64,000 bases of DNA, taken from Clostridia bacterium (GTDB lineage Bacteria; Bacillota; Clostridia; TANB77; CAG-508). The notes under the pieces were generated by a model. The model made no database searches, was not told the origin of the DNA, and saw nothing but the letters and a program-made list of their open reading frames with translations. Below are positions 8,794-20,770 of the stretch, piece after piece. The first letter of the stretch is position 1, and every line of letters begins with the position of its first letter. The DNA lies in assembly GCA_045643205.1 (NCBI GenBank), contig JAZUKI010000005.1, positions 5,597 to 69,596 on the forward strand, read 5' to 3'. Made by a program: the position numbers and the translations under genes.

Positions 8794-10726
8794 TAACTTT
8801 GTTATCAATTTCTTCGCAAATCTTTTTAGCAAAATCTTCAACACTCATTTGACCTAAGTCTCCGCCATGTCTTGTTCTTACAGAAACTTTTCCTTCTTCA
8901 ACTTCTTTATCTCCAACTACTAACATGTATGGGATTTTAGCAAGTTGTGCTTCTCTAATTTTATAACCAAGTTTTTCGTTTCTATCATCAACTTCAACTC
9001 TAACTTTATTTTTTAATAATTGTTCTTTAACTTTTTCTGCATACTCACCATGTTTTTCATTGCTAATAGGTAGAATTTTTACTTGATGTGGTGTTAACCA
9101 AACTGGTAAATTTCCTTTTGTTTCTTCTAATAAGAATGAAATAAATCTATCAGATGATCCTAAAATTGCTCTATGAACAACAACTGGTCTATGTTCCTTT
9201 CCATCTTCACCAATGAAGCTTAATTCAAATCTTTCTGGTAAAGCAAAATCTAATTGGCATGTTGGAATTGTTACATCATGATTTAATGCTGTTCTAATTT
9301 GAATATCAATTTTTGGTCCATAGAATGCAGCTTCTCCAGCAGCTTCATAGAAATCAATATTTAATTCTTTTAAGATTTCTCTTAATTGTGATTCAGCTGT
9401 TTCCCACATTTCATCATTATCTATGTATTTTTCAACATTTGCTTTATCTCTTAATGATAATCTGTATCTAAATGCATCTTCTGGGAAACCAAAATCTTTT
9501 ACATATACTTCTTTGATTAAGTTAAGAACTCTACCAACTTCTTCTTTGATTTGATCAGGTCTTACAAATAAGTGTGCGTCATTTTGGCACATTTCTCTAA
9601 CTCTTTCAAGTCCACATACTGCACCAGAATTTTCCCATCTGAAGTCATGTGCTAATTCACCAATTCTAATTGGTAAGTCTTTGTATGAATGTAATTTATT
9701 TTTATAAACAAGCATATGGTGTGGGCAGTTCATTGGTCTTAAAACTAATTCTTCATTGTCCATTGCCATTACAGGAAACATATCATCTTTGTAGTGATCC
9801 CAGTGACCACTTGTTTTATATAGGTTAACTGTTCCAATTGATGGTGTATAAACATGTTGATATCCTAATTCAATTTCCTTATCTTGAATATATCTTTCAA
9901 GATTTCTTCTAATTGTTGCTCCATCTGGTAAATATAATGGAAGTCCTGCACCAACTAATGGGTGAGTAATAAATAAGTCTAAATCTTTTCCTATTTTTCT
10001 ATGATCTCTTTCTTTTGCTTCTTCAAGTAATTTTAAATAGTCTTCTAATTGAGAATTTTTTAAGAAAGAAATTCCATAAATTCTTTGAAGCATCTTGTTA
10101 TGTTCATCACCTCTCCAGTATGCACCAGAGTTTGATAATAATTTTATGCTCTTAACTTTTCCTGTACTCATTAAATGAGGGCCTGCACAAAGGTCTGTGA
10201 AATCGCCTTGCTTATAAAATGAAATTTCTTCGCCATCAGGTAAATCATTAATTAATTCAACTTTGTATGGTTGATCTTTCATTAATTCTAAAGCTTCTTC
10301 TTTAGGTAAAGAAAATCTTTCAATAGGTAAATCTTCCTTTATTATTTTCTTCATCTCTTCTTCAATTTTTGCTTTATCTTCATCATTGAATGATTCTGGT
10401 GAGTCAAAATCATAATAAAATCCACCATCATCAATTGCTGGTCCAATAGCAAATTTTGTTTCTGGCCATAAATGAGCAACAGCTTGTGCCATAATGTGTG
10501 AAGTTGTATGCCAGTATGCTTTTTGTCCTTCTAATCCTGAATCAAAAGTCAAGATTTCAACTTCATCTCCATCTTTTAATTCATAACGTAAGTCAACGAT
10601 ATTTCCGTTTACTTTTCCGCATGTAGCATTTCTTGCTAATCCTTCACTAATTGATTCTGCTAAATCAATTATGCTCATACCATTGTCAATTTCTTTTTCT
10701 GAGCCATCCTTTAATAATATTTTCAT
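8783..10726 (-). CDS. thrS: threonine--tRNA ligase
   Basis: TGS domain N-terminus (MKILLKDGSEKEI), editing-domain HxxxH (WHTTSH), class II catalytic core and anticodon-binding domain. The start was set to ATG 10724-10726, which has a GAAAGAGGAA SD. The upstream in-frame extension lies inside the T-box terminator. Confidence 0.95.
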   Translation of the reverse strand: MKILLKDGSEKEIDNGMSIIDLAESISEGLARNATCGKVNGNIVDLRYELKDGDEVEILTFDSGLEGQKAYWHTTSHIMAQAVAHLWPETKFAIGPAIDDGGFYYDFDSPESFNDEDKAKIEEEMKKIIKEDLPIERFSLPKEEALELMKDQPYKVELINDLPDGEEISFYKQGDFTDLCAGPHLMSTGKVKSIKLLSNSGAYWRGDEHNKMLQRIYGISFLKNSQLEDYLKLLEEAKERDHRKIGKDLDLFITHPLVGAGLPLYLPDGATIRRNLERYIQDKEIELGYQHVYTPSIGTVNLYKTSGHWDHYKDDMFPVMAMDNEELVLRPMNCPHHMLVYKNKLHSYKDLPIRIGELAHDFRWENSGAVCGLERVREMCQNDAHLFVRPDQIKEEVGRVLNLIKEVYVKDFGFPEDAFRYRLSLRDKANVEKYIDNDEMWETAESQLREILKELNIDFYEAAGEAAFYGPKIDIQIRTALNHDVTIPTCQLDFALPERFELSFIGEDGKEHRPVVVHRAILGSSDRFISFLLEETKGNLPVWLTPHQVKILPISNEKHGEYAEKVKEQLLKNKVRVEVDDRNEKLGYKIREAQLAKIPYMLVVGDKEVEEGKVSVRTRHGGDLGQMSVEDFAKKICEEIDNKVIAE

Positions 10727-10758
10727 AAAATTCCTCTTTCTTGCTTGGGGTCTTTGAT

Positions 10759-10992
10759 AAAACAAAAACCCCGGAGCATATTAAAATAATATACTCTGGG
10801 GTGCTATTAGCACGGTTCCACCCGGATATTTTACTTAATTGACTTTATAACGTAAGTAACACGTCTGGTTTAATTCGCCAGCCATTATAAGAAGTTAGTT
10901 TTTCAAAAGCATTTACTTGAAATAACTTTCAGCCTATGATTATTTCTCTCTAAAAGCAATCATCTTTTTACTTTGTCTTCCATTAGTTTAAT
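10759..10992 (-). promoter_or_regulatory. T-box leader (tRNA-Thr-responsive transcription attenuator) of thrS
   Basis: The minus strand carries an AGAGA bulge, a 7-bp stem GAAATAA/TTATTTC capped by GGCTGAAAG, and the T-box sequence CCGGGTGGAACCGTG. A terminator follows: CCCCAGAG..CTCCGGGG plus TTTTTGTTTT. Thr codons ACU-A and ACC-A are both present as specifier candidates. Confidence 0.85.
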
Positions 10993-10998
10993 GTATGT

Positions 10999-11027
10999 AT
11001 TATACAACTCATTGGTAATATTTTCAA
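10999..11027 (-). promoter_or_regulatory. sigma-A promoter driving the thrS T-box leader
   Basis: The minus strand reads TTGAAA, 17 nt, TATAAT. Confidence 0.65.
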
Positions 11028-11130
11028 GCCTTACCGCTGAATTTTATAATCTTGTTTAAATGTTTGTTTCCAAACTTTTATATTTATTTATAATATAGTT
11101 TATATATTTAATTATTTAATTATTTAAATT

Positions 11131-12444
11131 TTATAGTTTTTCTTCGTAGCCTGGTTTCTTTAGTAGTCTAAACATATTAGTTTTATATTTTTCTACACCT
11201 GGTTGATTGAATGGATCAACCTCTAATAATTTTGCAGAAGTTGCACAAGCTTTTTCAAAGAAATAAATTAATTCTCCGATGTTCTTTGCATTTAATTCTC
11301 TAATATTTATTATGATATTTGGTACTCCGCCATCTGTATGTGCTGTAACTGTTCCTTCCATTGCTTTTTGATTAACATATGAAAGCTTCTTTCCTGCTAA
11401 ATAATTTAAATTGTCTAGGTTATCTTCATCTGATCTAATTGTTATGTCTGTTTCTGTTTTTGCAAAATTTAAAACAGTTTCAAACATAATCCTTTGTCCT
11501 TCTTGAATATATTGACCCAGAGAATGTAAATCTGTTGTAAATTCAACACTTGCCGGAAACAATCCTTTGTTGTCTTTTCCTTCGCTTTCGCCAAATAATT
11601 GTTTCCACCATTCTGCAAAGTAATGCATTCTTGGTTCGTAATTTGCTAATATTTCAATATTTTTTCCATCATCATAATACAAGTTTCTTAATACTGCATA
11701 TTGATAGCAATCATTATATTGTAATAATGAATCATTATATTTTTCTTCAGCATATATTGCACCATTCATTAATTCATCAATATTAATTCCGCTTACTGCT
11801 ATTGGTAATAAACCAACAGGTGTTAAAACGCTGAATCTTCCACCAACATCATCTGGAATTACAAATGTTGTATATTTATCTGAATCAGCTAATTTTTTTA
11901 ATGCTCCTTTTTTAGCATCAGTTGTTACATAAATTCTTTCACGTGCTTCTTTAATATCATATTTTTGATACATAATTTCTTTAAATATTCTAAATGCAAT
12001 TGCTGGCTCTGTTGTTGTTCCTGATTTTGAAATAACATTAATAGAAAAATCTTTGTCTGCAATATAATTTATTACATCATTAATATAGTTAGGTACCAAA
12101 TTATTTCCAACGAAAATTACTTTAGTTTCTTTTTTATCTGTAGATGCTTCATATGTACTATGTAATGCTTCTATAACTGCTCTTGCGCCTAAGTATGAGC
12201 CACCAATTCCTATTACTAATAATACTTCTGAATCATTTCTAATTTTTTCGGCAGATTGTTTTATTTTTTTATATTCTGCTGACTTTATATATTTACTTGG
12301 AAGATGTAACCATCCTAAAAAGTTTCCATCTTCTTTTGCTTCCATTTCTAATTCTTTGTGCACATCTGTTGTAACATCACTATGTTCTAATAGTTCCTCA
12401 AGCTTATAGCCACTAAAATTTAAATTCAATTGTATATTAGACAT
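11131..12444 (-). CDS. pgi: glucose-6-phosphate isomerase
   Basis: 437 aa of the short firmicute type, with [21 protein letters not shown] and a C-terminal FNQPGVE motif. Confidence 0.92.
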   Translation of the reverse strand: MSNIQLNLNFSGYKLEELLEHSDVTTDVHKELEMEAKEDGNFLGWLHLPSKYIKSAEYKKIKQSAEKIRNDSEVLLVIGIGGSYLGARAVIEALHSTYEASTDKKETKVIFVGNNLVPNYINDVINYIADKDFSINVISKSGTTTEPAIAFRIFKEIMYQKYDIKEARERIYVTTDAKKGALKKLADSDKYTTFVIPDDVGGRFSVLTPVGLLPIAVSGINIDELMNGAIYAEEKYNDSLLQYNDCYQYAVLRNLYYDDGKNIEILANYEPRMHYFAEWWKQLFGESEGKDNKGLFPASVEFTTDLHSLGQYIQEGQRIMFETVLNFAKTETDITIRSDEDNLDNLNYLAGKKLSYVNQKAMEGTVTAHTDGGVPNIIINIRELNAKNIGELIYFFEKACATSAKLLEVDPFNQPGVEKYKTNMFRLLKKPGYEEKL

Positions 12445-12504
12445 TTTTCCTCCTTAGTAAAAGATTGTTACTAACTATTAATTGTTAACTAATCTTTTTT
12501 ATTA

Positions 12505-13593
12505 TTATTCACTAATTTCTTCCGATTTATTTACACTCATTACTTCGATGTATGTTCTTCCATCACTTACTTCAATTTCAGAACCATCTGCATATGTATA
12601 TTTTGTTTTAGCTTTTCTATCTGATTTTGACCACTTGATTGGAACAGCTTTTCCATTTGTAATGTACCAACCTTTGCCTGAGCCTGTTGTTTGCAAATCT
12701 AAATATTTTCCATCAGGCATAGTTGTAAAATTAATTTTTTCAATAATTATATTTTTTGTTGAAACAACTTCTCCTGTTTCATGATCTTTGCAAATATTTT
12801 CTTTTGTTGTTTCATATCTTTCATACATTTGTGTTTCACTATTATATTTAAATGTAGTAACGTTTGAACTTCCATCGTATGGAACAACTACTTTATTTGC
12901 AATTTTTGCATCTTCTCTTTCACTTAAATTAACATCTTTTACATTATATTTTAATAAAACTGATTTGTCTGATTCTAAACTATATCCTTTTTTCTTTGCA
13001 GATTCATAAACTTTATCTGTATCAAGATATGCAGTATGTTCATATGCTAAATTTTCAGGATTTTTTCTATACATTGAGCCTTCGCCAACAATTCCTTGAA
13101 CATAGTTTATAACGCCTTGTCCTTGCATTTGATCTTTTGCATAATGGCTCCAACCATAACTTGTAAATATTGCATCACTTTCATATGCATAATCTATAAA
13201 GTTATGTCTTGCGCTTCTAATTGTTCCTACAGTAAGATTTTCTATATCTTTATACAATGCCATTAATCTACAAGTTCCACCTTCAGTTGGCATTTCATAA
13301 ACAAGATATGCTTTATTTAATCCTGTTTGAACTTTTACTGCTACTGGTGTGTTGTTTACAACAACTGCTAAAGGCCTTGTTTTTGAATTGATATCAATTA
13401 TATCTACTTTTTCTTCATCAACCTTTACTGGCTCTATTATATTGTTTTCTACGTTGTTTGGTTGTTCTTGAGTTGGCTGTTTATTAATTAGTACTATAGT
13501 AATTGCTACTGCTGCAATTACTATTATAAAAATAAGCATTGCAACTACTCTTTTTATATTTACTTTTTTACCATTATCAAAATGTTCAGCCAT
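12505..13593 (-). CDS. membrane-anchored DUF3048 (YerB-like) protein
   Basis: N-terminal TM helix, then PLAVVVNNTPVA..YLVYEMPTEGGTCRLMALY..RSARHNFIDYA, typical of DUF3048. The start was set to ATG 13591-13593 (MAEHFD) with a GGGGGA SD. Confidence 0.7.
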   Translation of the reverse strand: MAEHFDNGKKVNIKRVVAMLIFIIVIAAVAITIVLINKQPTQEQPNNVENNIIEPVKVDEEKVDIIDINSKTRPLAVVVNNTPVAVKVQTGLNKAYLVYEMPTEGGTCRLMALYKDIENLTVGTIRSARHNFIDYAYESDAIFTSYGWSHYAKDQMQGQGVINYVQGIVGEGSMYRKNPENLAYEHTAYLDTDKVYESAKKKGYSLESDKSVLLKYNVKDVNLSEREDAKIANKVVVPYDGSSNVTTFKYNSETQMYERYETTKENICKDHETGEVVSTKNIIIEKINFTTMPDGKYLDLQTTGSGKGWYITNGKAVPIKWSKSDRKAKTKYTYADGSEIEVSDGRTYIEVMSVNKSEEISE

Positions 13594-13612
13594 ACTCAAT
13601 CCCCCTATACAA

Positions 13613-13646
13613 GACAAACAAATTAATGTTACTTAATTTGTTTGTC
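13613..13646 (-). other. perfect 14-bp stem-loop between the LCP gene and the DUF3048 gene
   Basis: GACAAACAAATTAA-tgttac-TTAATTTGTTTGTC. It lies 7 nt upstream of the SD of the DUF3048 gene. The U-tract is poor (TTGTAT), so it is a weak terminator or an mRNA processing or stability element. Confidence 0.5.
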
Positions 13647-13699
13647 GCTTTTATTTATTAATTTATATTATTTTTTAATAACTAATTTAATAATTGTTT

Positions 13700-14803
13700 T
13701 TAGTAATTATTTGTTTCATAACCGCTTGCTTCTGTTTTTCCTGATTTTTCAATAATTTTCTTACTGATATTTTTAATTTCTTCAGGTACTTCATAATCTT
13801 CATCACCAAATATTTCCTTATGAAGTTTTAAAACATTTGATTCTAGTGTAGTTGGTACTCCATACCATACTCCATCAATAGTTGCACCAGCAATAGTATA
13901 TGGCCATCCAGTACTCTTAGAAATATTGAACTTAGCTAATGTTGGTACTAATCCTAATATTTCATTTTGATCTATGTTAGTACTTACTTTTGGTAAAATT
14001 TTTGCTGCTACATCTAATAATTGTGGAATGCTTATTTTCTTAGCTTTATCCATCATTGCTGCTAAAACGTTTCTCATTCTTTCAGTTCTCTTATAATCAG
14101 CTCCTGCTGTATATCTTATTCTTCCATAAGATAATGCTTGAGCACCTGTTAATGTTTGTTTTCCTGCTGAAGTTACATGTTTTGAGCCTTTTGTTGTTGG
14201 TGTTGAATCAATATACATATTTATATAATTAATTTCATTGCTTTCAATATTAATTTCTATTCCACCTAAAGCGTCAACAGCAGCTACAACAGCATCAAAG
14301 TTAACTGTCATATATTCTTTTATATTTAAACCTAAGTTTTTGTTTAATGCTAATAAAGAATTTTGAGCTCCACCATAAGAAAATGCATGAGTTACTTTAT
14401 CAATTTTTGTTTTTCCATTCTCTTCAACTTCTAAGAATGAATCTCTATAAACAGATAATAATTTAACATCATTTGTCTCTTTATTTATACTTGCAATCAT
14501 TATACAATCTGATCTATTTCCATGATCATTGTAATCATCAGCACGTGTATCAATTCCAAATAGAGCAATATTTCTATATCCTTTTAAGTCTTCATCTGCT
14601 TTTTGATCAATACCAATTGCATTAATATCAATGTTTTCTTTCTTCATTTGTCCTAATAATGATTGAATATATCCCCATCCAGCTACTAGAACTCCTGCAA
14701 GAATAATTATAATTACTATTAAAATTGTAGCTATTATTTTAATTGCTTTTTGAACTGGTGTTCTAGCCTTCTTTGATTTTTTATTTTTCTTATCTTTACT
14801 CAT
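13700..14803 (-). CDS. LytR-CpsA-Psr (LCP) family cell-wall glycopolymer ligase
   Basis: 367 aa with an N-terminal TM helix and LCP domain motifs (NIALFGIDTR, RSDCIMIASIN, MTVNFDAVVAAVDALGGIEI). Confidence 0.85.
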   Translation of the reverse strand: MSKDKKNKKSKKARTPVQKAIKIIATILIVIIIILAGVLVAGWGYIQSLLGQMKKENIDINAIGIDQKADEDLKGYRNIALFGIDTRADDYNDHGNRSDCIMIASINKETNDVKLLSVYRDSFLEVEENGKTKIDKVTHAFSYGGAQNSLLALNKNLGLNIKEYMTVNFDAVVAAVDALGGIEINIESNEINYINMYIDSTPTTKGSKHVTSAGKQTLTGAQALSYGRIRYTAGADYKRTERMRNVLAAMMDKAKKISIPQLLDVAAKILPKVSTNIDQNEILGLVPTLAKFNISKSTGWPYTIAGATIDGVWYGVPTTLESNVLKLHKEIFGDEDYEVPEEIKNISKKIIEKSGKTEASGYETNNY

Positions 14804-14883
14804 TTTTTCTCCTTCGTCTACTTAGTTGTTTATTTTGTTTAATACTTTTATTTATTAATTTATTAATTTGTTTATTTGTTAAT

Positions 14884-15561
14884 TTATTTTGCACCTTTTT
14901 TGGTAAGAATTGCAAAAATTGTTTTAAATATTATTTTAAAGTCTAACCATAAATTGCAATGTTCACAATAATAATATTCTAATTCTAGTCTTTTTTCATA
15001 ATCAGTAGCTGAACGACCATTGCATCCCCACCAGCCTGTTATTCCTGGTAATACTCTTTGATATATATTAGGATCTCCACCAAATTTTTCTAATTCCCCT
15101 TCAACTAGTGGTCTAGGTCCTATTAATGACATATCTCCTATAAGTACATTAATAAATTGTGGAAGCTCATCTAATGATGTTTTTCTAATTATTTTTCCTA
15201 CTTTTGTTACTCTTGGATCATTCTCTAATTTTTGATTTTTATCCCATTCTTCTTTGTATTTTGGATCTTTTAAAACTTCTTTTAAAACTTCATCTGCATT
15301 ATAAATCATTGAACGAAACTTAAATATTTTAATAGTTTTTCCTTTTCTGCCAATTCTTTTTTGTCTGTAAAAGATTGTTTTAAAATCGCCTGTGCACATG
15401 GAAGCAATCTTTAAAATTATAGTAATAGGTATTAAAAATACACAACCAATTAAAGCAAAAAGTATGTCAAATAATCTTTTTATTAAAAAATAAAAAAATC
15501 TATCTATTTTTCTACCTATACCCATCTTTTGTTTAGTATATTTATCTTCTTTTTTACTCAT
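14884..15561 (-). CDS. undecaprenyl-phosphate sugar phosphotransferase (bacterial sugar transferase family)
   Basis: 225 aa with one TM helix plus KFRSM and DELPQFINVLIGDMSLIGPRP motifs. Confidence 0.85.
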   Translation of the reverse strand: MSKKEDKYTKQKMGIGRKIDRFFYFLIKRLFDILFALIGCVFLIPITIILKIASMCTGDFKTIFYRQKRIGRKGKTIKIFKFRSMIYNADEVLKEVLKDPKYKEEWDKNQKLENDPRVTKVGKIIRKTSLDELPQFINVLIGDMSLIGPRPLVEGELEKFGGDPNIYQRVLPGITGWWGCNGRSATDYEKRLELEYYYCEHCNLWLDFKIIFKTIFAILTKKGAK

Positions 15562-15609
15562 TTTTGATAACTTCTTTCCCTATAATTTAGAATTCAAAAT
15601 ACCTTATTT

Positions 15610-15638
15610 ATTATATCTTTATTCTATCTATAAGTCAA
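15610..15638 (-). promoter_or_regulatory. sigma-A promoter for the sugar transferase / LCP / DUF3048 / pgi group
   Basis: The minus strand reads TTGACT, 17 nt, TATAAT, immediately after the dnaJ terminator. Confidence 0.6.
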
Positions 15639-15644
15639 CAACAA

Positions 15645-15682
15645 AAAGACTTTGTCGAATTTTAATTCATAACAAAGTCTTT
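15645..15682 (-). terminator. rho-independent terminator after dnaJ
   Basis: Stem AAAGACTTTG/CAAAGTCTTT, followed by TTTTGTTGTT on the minus strand. Confidence 0.65.
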
Positions 15683-15750
15683 AATAAATTATTTCTATTT
15701 CTCAGTTTTTTATTGTTTTTAAGTTCTATTTCAGTTGTTTTTATATACTT

Positions 15751-16908
15751 TTAACCGAATATTCCTTTTTTCTTAACAGGTGGTTGTTCTCCTAATGATT
15801 CTGCTAATTTATTAAATAATTCACGTTGTTCTTTTGATAATCTCTTTGGAACTTGTACTTGAACTGTAAATAATAAATCTCCACAAGCATTTGAATTTAA
15901 TTTTTTGAAACCTTTTCCTTTTATTACAAATGTTGTTCCAGTTTGTGTTCCTGAAGCAATTGTGAAGTTTTCAGTTTCTCCAGTAACTGTAGGTATTTTT
16001 AAATCTGCACCTAAAGTTGCTTGAGTTATTGTAATAGGTATTGTGCAGACAACGTTATATCCATCTCTATCAAATACTTTGCTTGCTTTTACATTGATAT
16101 CTAAATAAATATCTCCGTTTTCACCACCATTTTTTCCTGGTTCGCCTTTACCTTGTAGTCTTAATGTTTGGCCATCTTGAACTCCGGCTGGAATGTTTAC
16201 TTCTATAGTAACATTCTTTCTTAGTGTTCCTTTTCCGCCACATGTAGTACAAGGTTCTTTAATAATTTTTCCTGTTCCTCTACATTCATCGCATGTTCCT
16301 ACTGTTTGGAATGTAGCGAATCCACCAAGTGATGATGTCTTTTTTACTTGTCCTGTACCATGACAAACATGACATGTATCAACTGTTGTATTTGGCTTTG
16401 CACCCATTCCATGACAAGTATCGCAAGAAACATTTTTACTAATTGTGAATTCTTTTACTATTCCTGTAAAGGCTTCTTCAAATGATATTGATAATGAAGC
16501 ATGTAAATCTTGTCCTTTTTGAGGAGCAGTAGGATTTCTTCTTGAGCTTCTTCTACTTCCTCCAAATATAGAGGAAACAAAATCATCCATTACATCATCA
16601 AATCCAAATCCGCTAGAAGAATATGTATATCTTGAGCCTCCAAATCCGAATGGATCGAATCCTGCACCACCAGCGCCACCTCCGAATCCTTCAGCAGTAC
16701 CAAATTGGTCATAATTCTTTTTCTTTTGAGGATCAGATAAAACAGAATAAGCTTCGCCTATTTCTTTAAATTTTTCTTCTGCTTCTTTTTTGTTGTCAGG
16801 ATTTGCATCTGGATGCCACTTTTTAGCTAAATGTCTATATGCTTTTTTGATTTCATCATCTGAAGCGTCTTTATTTAAACCTAAAGTTTCATAATAATCT
16901 TTTGCCAT
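15751..16908 (-). CDS. dnaJ: molecular chaperone DnaJ
   Basis: J domain with HPD ([10 protein letters not shown]), a G/F-rich linker and four CxxCxGxG zinc motifs. Confidence 0.96.
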   Translation of the reverse strand: MAKDYYETLGLNKDASDDEIKKAYRHLAKKWHPDANPDNKKEAEEKFKEIGEAYSVLSDPQKKKNYDQFGTAEGFGGGAGGAGFDPFGFGGSRYTYSSSGFGFDDVMDDFVSSIFGGSRRSSRRNPTAPQKGQDLHASLSISFEEAFTGIVKEFTISKNVSCDTCHGMGAKPNTTVDTCHVCHGTGQVKKTSSLGGFATFQTVGTCDECRGTGKIIKEPCTTCGGKGTLRKNVTIEVNIPAGVQDGQTLRLQGKGEPGKNGGENGDIYLDINVKASKVFDRDGYNVVCTIPITITQATLGADLKIPTVTGETENFTIASGTQTGTTFVIKGKGFKKLNSNACGDLLFTVQVQVPKRLSKEQRELFNKLAESLGEQPPVKKKGIFG

Positions 16909-16935
16909 TTTATCCTCACTATATTCATTTTGAAT

Positions 16936-16958
16936 GGCGAGCTTTTATTAAGCTCGCC
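16936..16958 (-). other. GC-rich intercistronic hairpin between dnaK and dnaJ
   Basis: GGCGAGCTT-ttatt-AAGCTCGCC. No U-tract follows it on the minus strand. Confidence 0.6.
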
Positions 16959-16972
16959 GCTTCAAATATTAC

Positions 16973-18835
<1,863 letters not shown>

Positions 18836-18876
18836 TTATTTTAGCTATCATTAGCTGATTTTATCTTTGGATTTAT

Positions 18877-18970
18877 TCATTTTTAGTGTAAACTTTGTTT
18901 TACATTTTTCATCTAGTGTACACTTTGTTTTACATTTTCCGTCTAGTGTAAAATTTGTTTTACATTTTTA
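18877..18970. repeat. three tandem 30-bp repeats, each carrying a TGTAAA-N6-TTTACA palindrome, in the grpE-dnaK spacer
   Basis: The core tagtgtaaactttgttttaca starts at 18884. Variants tagtgtacactttgttttaca and tagtgtaaaatttgttttaca start at 18914 and 18944. Confidence 0.8.
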
Positions 18971-19555
18971 GTTTGCTACAACTACCATTGAATGTCTTAA
19001 TACTTTGTCACCAATCATGTAGCCTTTTCTGAATTCTTCTTTAACTGTGTTAGGTCCTAGTTTAGGATCTTGGCACATACTTACTGCTTCATGAAGTGAT
19101 GGATCAAATGGTTTTCCTACTGATTGAATTTCTACAACGTTGTTTGCTTTTAAAATATCTTTTATTTGTTGTAAAACCATTTTTACACCTTCTTGATATT
19201 GCTTGTCTTCAGTCTGTGTTTCGGCTGCTTTTTCAAGATTATCAATTGCTGGAAGCATGCTTGTTACAACATCTCCCATTACTGATGAATACAATGCTTG
19301 TCTTTCTTTGTCGCTTCTTTTTTTGAAGTTTTCAAATTCTGCCATAAGTCTTTTGATTCTGTCATCCGCTTCATCAAGTTGTTCTTTTTGTTGAACTATT
19401 TTATCATTTAATTCTTGAATTGCTCTTTCTGTAGGATCAGTAATTTCTTTTTCAATTTTCATTTTAACTTCGTTAGAATTCTCAACTGCATCTTCTGTTG
19501 CTTCTGTTGTTTTTATTGTTTCATCTTGTTCTAAATTTTCTTCGTTTCCTTCCAA
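18968..19555 (-). CDS. grpE: nucleotide exchange factor GrpE
   Basis: 195 aa with an acidic N-terminus, a coiled coil and the C-terminal GrpE beta-domain (FDPSLHEAV..GYMIGDKVLRHSMVVV). The start is TTG at 19553-19555 with an AGAGAGGT SD. Confidence 0.93.
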   Translation of the reverse strand: MEGNEENLEQDETIKTTEATEDAVENSNEVKMKIEKEITDPTERAIQELNDKIVQQKEQLDEADDRIKRLMAEFENFKKRSDKERQALYSSVMGDVVTSMLPAIDNLEKAAETQTEDKQYQEGVKMVLQQIKDILKANNVVEIQSVGKPFDPSLHEAVSMCQDPKLGPNTVKEEFRKGYMIGDKVLRHSMVVVAN

Positions 19556-19559
19556 TGCT

Positions 19560-20675
19560 CTAACCTCTCTTTCCTTTTGTATTTTTATTTTCTTTTTTCA
19601 TAATTCCATCTGTTAAAAGTCTGATTTCTCTGTGTTCTAGAAGTCTATTCTTAATAGAAGCACTTTCTTTTCCTGAAAGTTTTCCACTATTTAATTCTTT
19701 TCTAATATATTTTAAAACAGATATTACTTTTGAGTAATCCATTCTTGTAGGTCCTAAAATTCCGATTGTTCCTAAATCTTTTTCACCAACTTTGTTTTTG
19801 AAAGTAATTAGTGAAAAATCATTTAATCCGTTAATTTCATTTCCTATATAAACATTAAAGTCTTCATCGCCATCTAATAAATTAAATATTAAATCTTTAC
19901 TGTCTATTAGTCCAAGAAACTTTTTTGCTGTTTCATTTCGCTTTAATTCTGGATTGTCTAGAGCTTGTTCGGCTCCTTGTACATAAACTCTATCATCTTG
20001 TTTTAATGTTTTATTTAATTGTTTTATTATTGGCTTGATAACGTCAATTTTGTAATTCATTTCACTCATAATAAATTCTTCAATTGGCTTATCAATTACT
20101 GATAATGGTTTGCCTTTTAATTTTTTATTAAATAAAGCATTTAAAGTTTCGATTTGTTCTTGAGAAACATCGCTATCGAACTTTATGATTGTTTCTTTTA
20201 TAACACCTGTATCTGTGATTATTACAGCCATTAACATTCTTGAGCCTAGCAAAACAAATTTAATCTCTGAAATGATTTGATTTGATGCGTTTGGTTCAAT
20301 TGAAAATGTTGTATAATGAGTAACTTCAGATATTGTTGATGATGTGATTCTTGTTAAATCTTCCATTTCTTCGACTGTGTCTTGAAGTTTTGCATTTATA
20401 TATTTTACTTCATTAATATTTAAATTGTTGTCGTCTAAAAGTTCATCAACGTAAAACTTATATCCTTTATTTGAAGGTACTCTACCACTAGATGAGTGAG
20501 TTTTTTCTAGAAATCCTTCTTTTTCAAGAGCAACCATGTCATTTCTTACTGTAGCTGAACTGCAATCAATATTGTATTTTTGAATAATTGTATTGCTTGC
20601 TACTGGCTCTGTAGTCTCGATATATTCGTTTACTATAGCTTTTAAGATTATTCTTTTTCTTTCATCTAATTTCAA
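19560..20675 (-). CDS. hrcA: heat-inducible transcription repressor HrcA
   Basis: The N-terminal winged helix (ERKRIILKAIVNEYIETTEPVASNTI) and position ahead of grpE-dnaK-dnaJ support the call. The start is TTG with an AGAGGTGA SD. A C-terminal extension of about 25 aa is Lys-rich. Confidence 0.93.
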   Translation of the reverse strand: MKLDERKRIILKAIVNEYIETTEPVASNTIIQKYNIDCSSATVRNDMVALEKEGFLEKTHSSSGRVPSNKGYKFYVDELLDDNNLNINEVKYINAKLQDTVEEMEDLTRITSSTISEVTHYTTFSIEPNASNQIISEIKFVLLGSRMLMAVIITDTGVIKETIIKFDSDVSQEQIETLNALFNKKLKGKPLSVIDKPIEEFIMSEMNYKIDVIKPIIKQLNKTLKQDDRVYVQGAEQALDNPELKRNETAKKFLGLIDSKDLIFNLLDGDEDFNVYIGNEINGLNDFSLITFKNKVGEKDLGTIGILGPTRMDYSKVISVLKYIRKELNSGKLSGKESASIKNRLLEHREIRLLTDGIMKKENKNTKGKRG

Positions 20676-20712
20676 GTTATTGTCACCTCTTTTTTATAGT
20701 AAAATAAAAATT

Positions 20713-20739
20713 TTAGCAATCTTGTCCTTAGTCTGCTAG
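20713..20739. promoter_or_regulatory. CIRCE-like operator 1 (degenerate)
   Basis: TTAGCAATC-N9-GTCTGCTAG, compared with the consensus TTAGCACTC-N9-GAGTGCTAA. It lies between the -10 box and hrcA. Confidence 0.6.
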
Positions 20740-20741
20740 TA

Positions 20742-20770
20742 ATGATATATTATTTGTTAGCAAAAGTCAA
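20742..20770 (-). promoter_or_regulatory. sigma-A promoter of the hrcA-grpE-dnaK-dnaJ operon
   Basis: The minus strand reads TTGACT, 17 nt, TATCAT. The -35 box lies inside CIRCE 2. Confidence 0.55.

Noticed and set aside
18877-18970. Possible CRISPR array or minisatellite.
   Set aside because: There are only three units, contiguous with no unique spacers. No cas genes are present in the window. The period of 30 bp carries an internal palindrome, but no spacer-repeat alternation is present.
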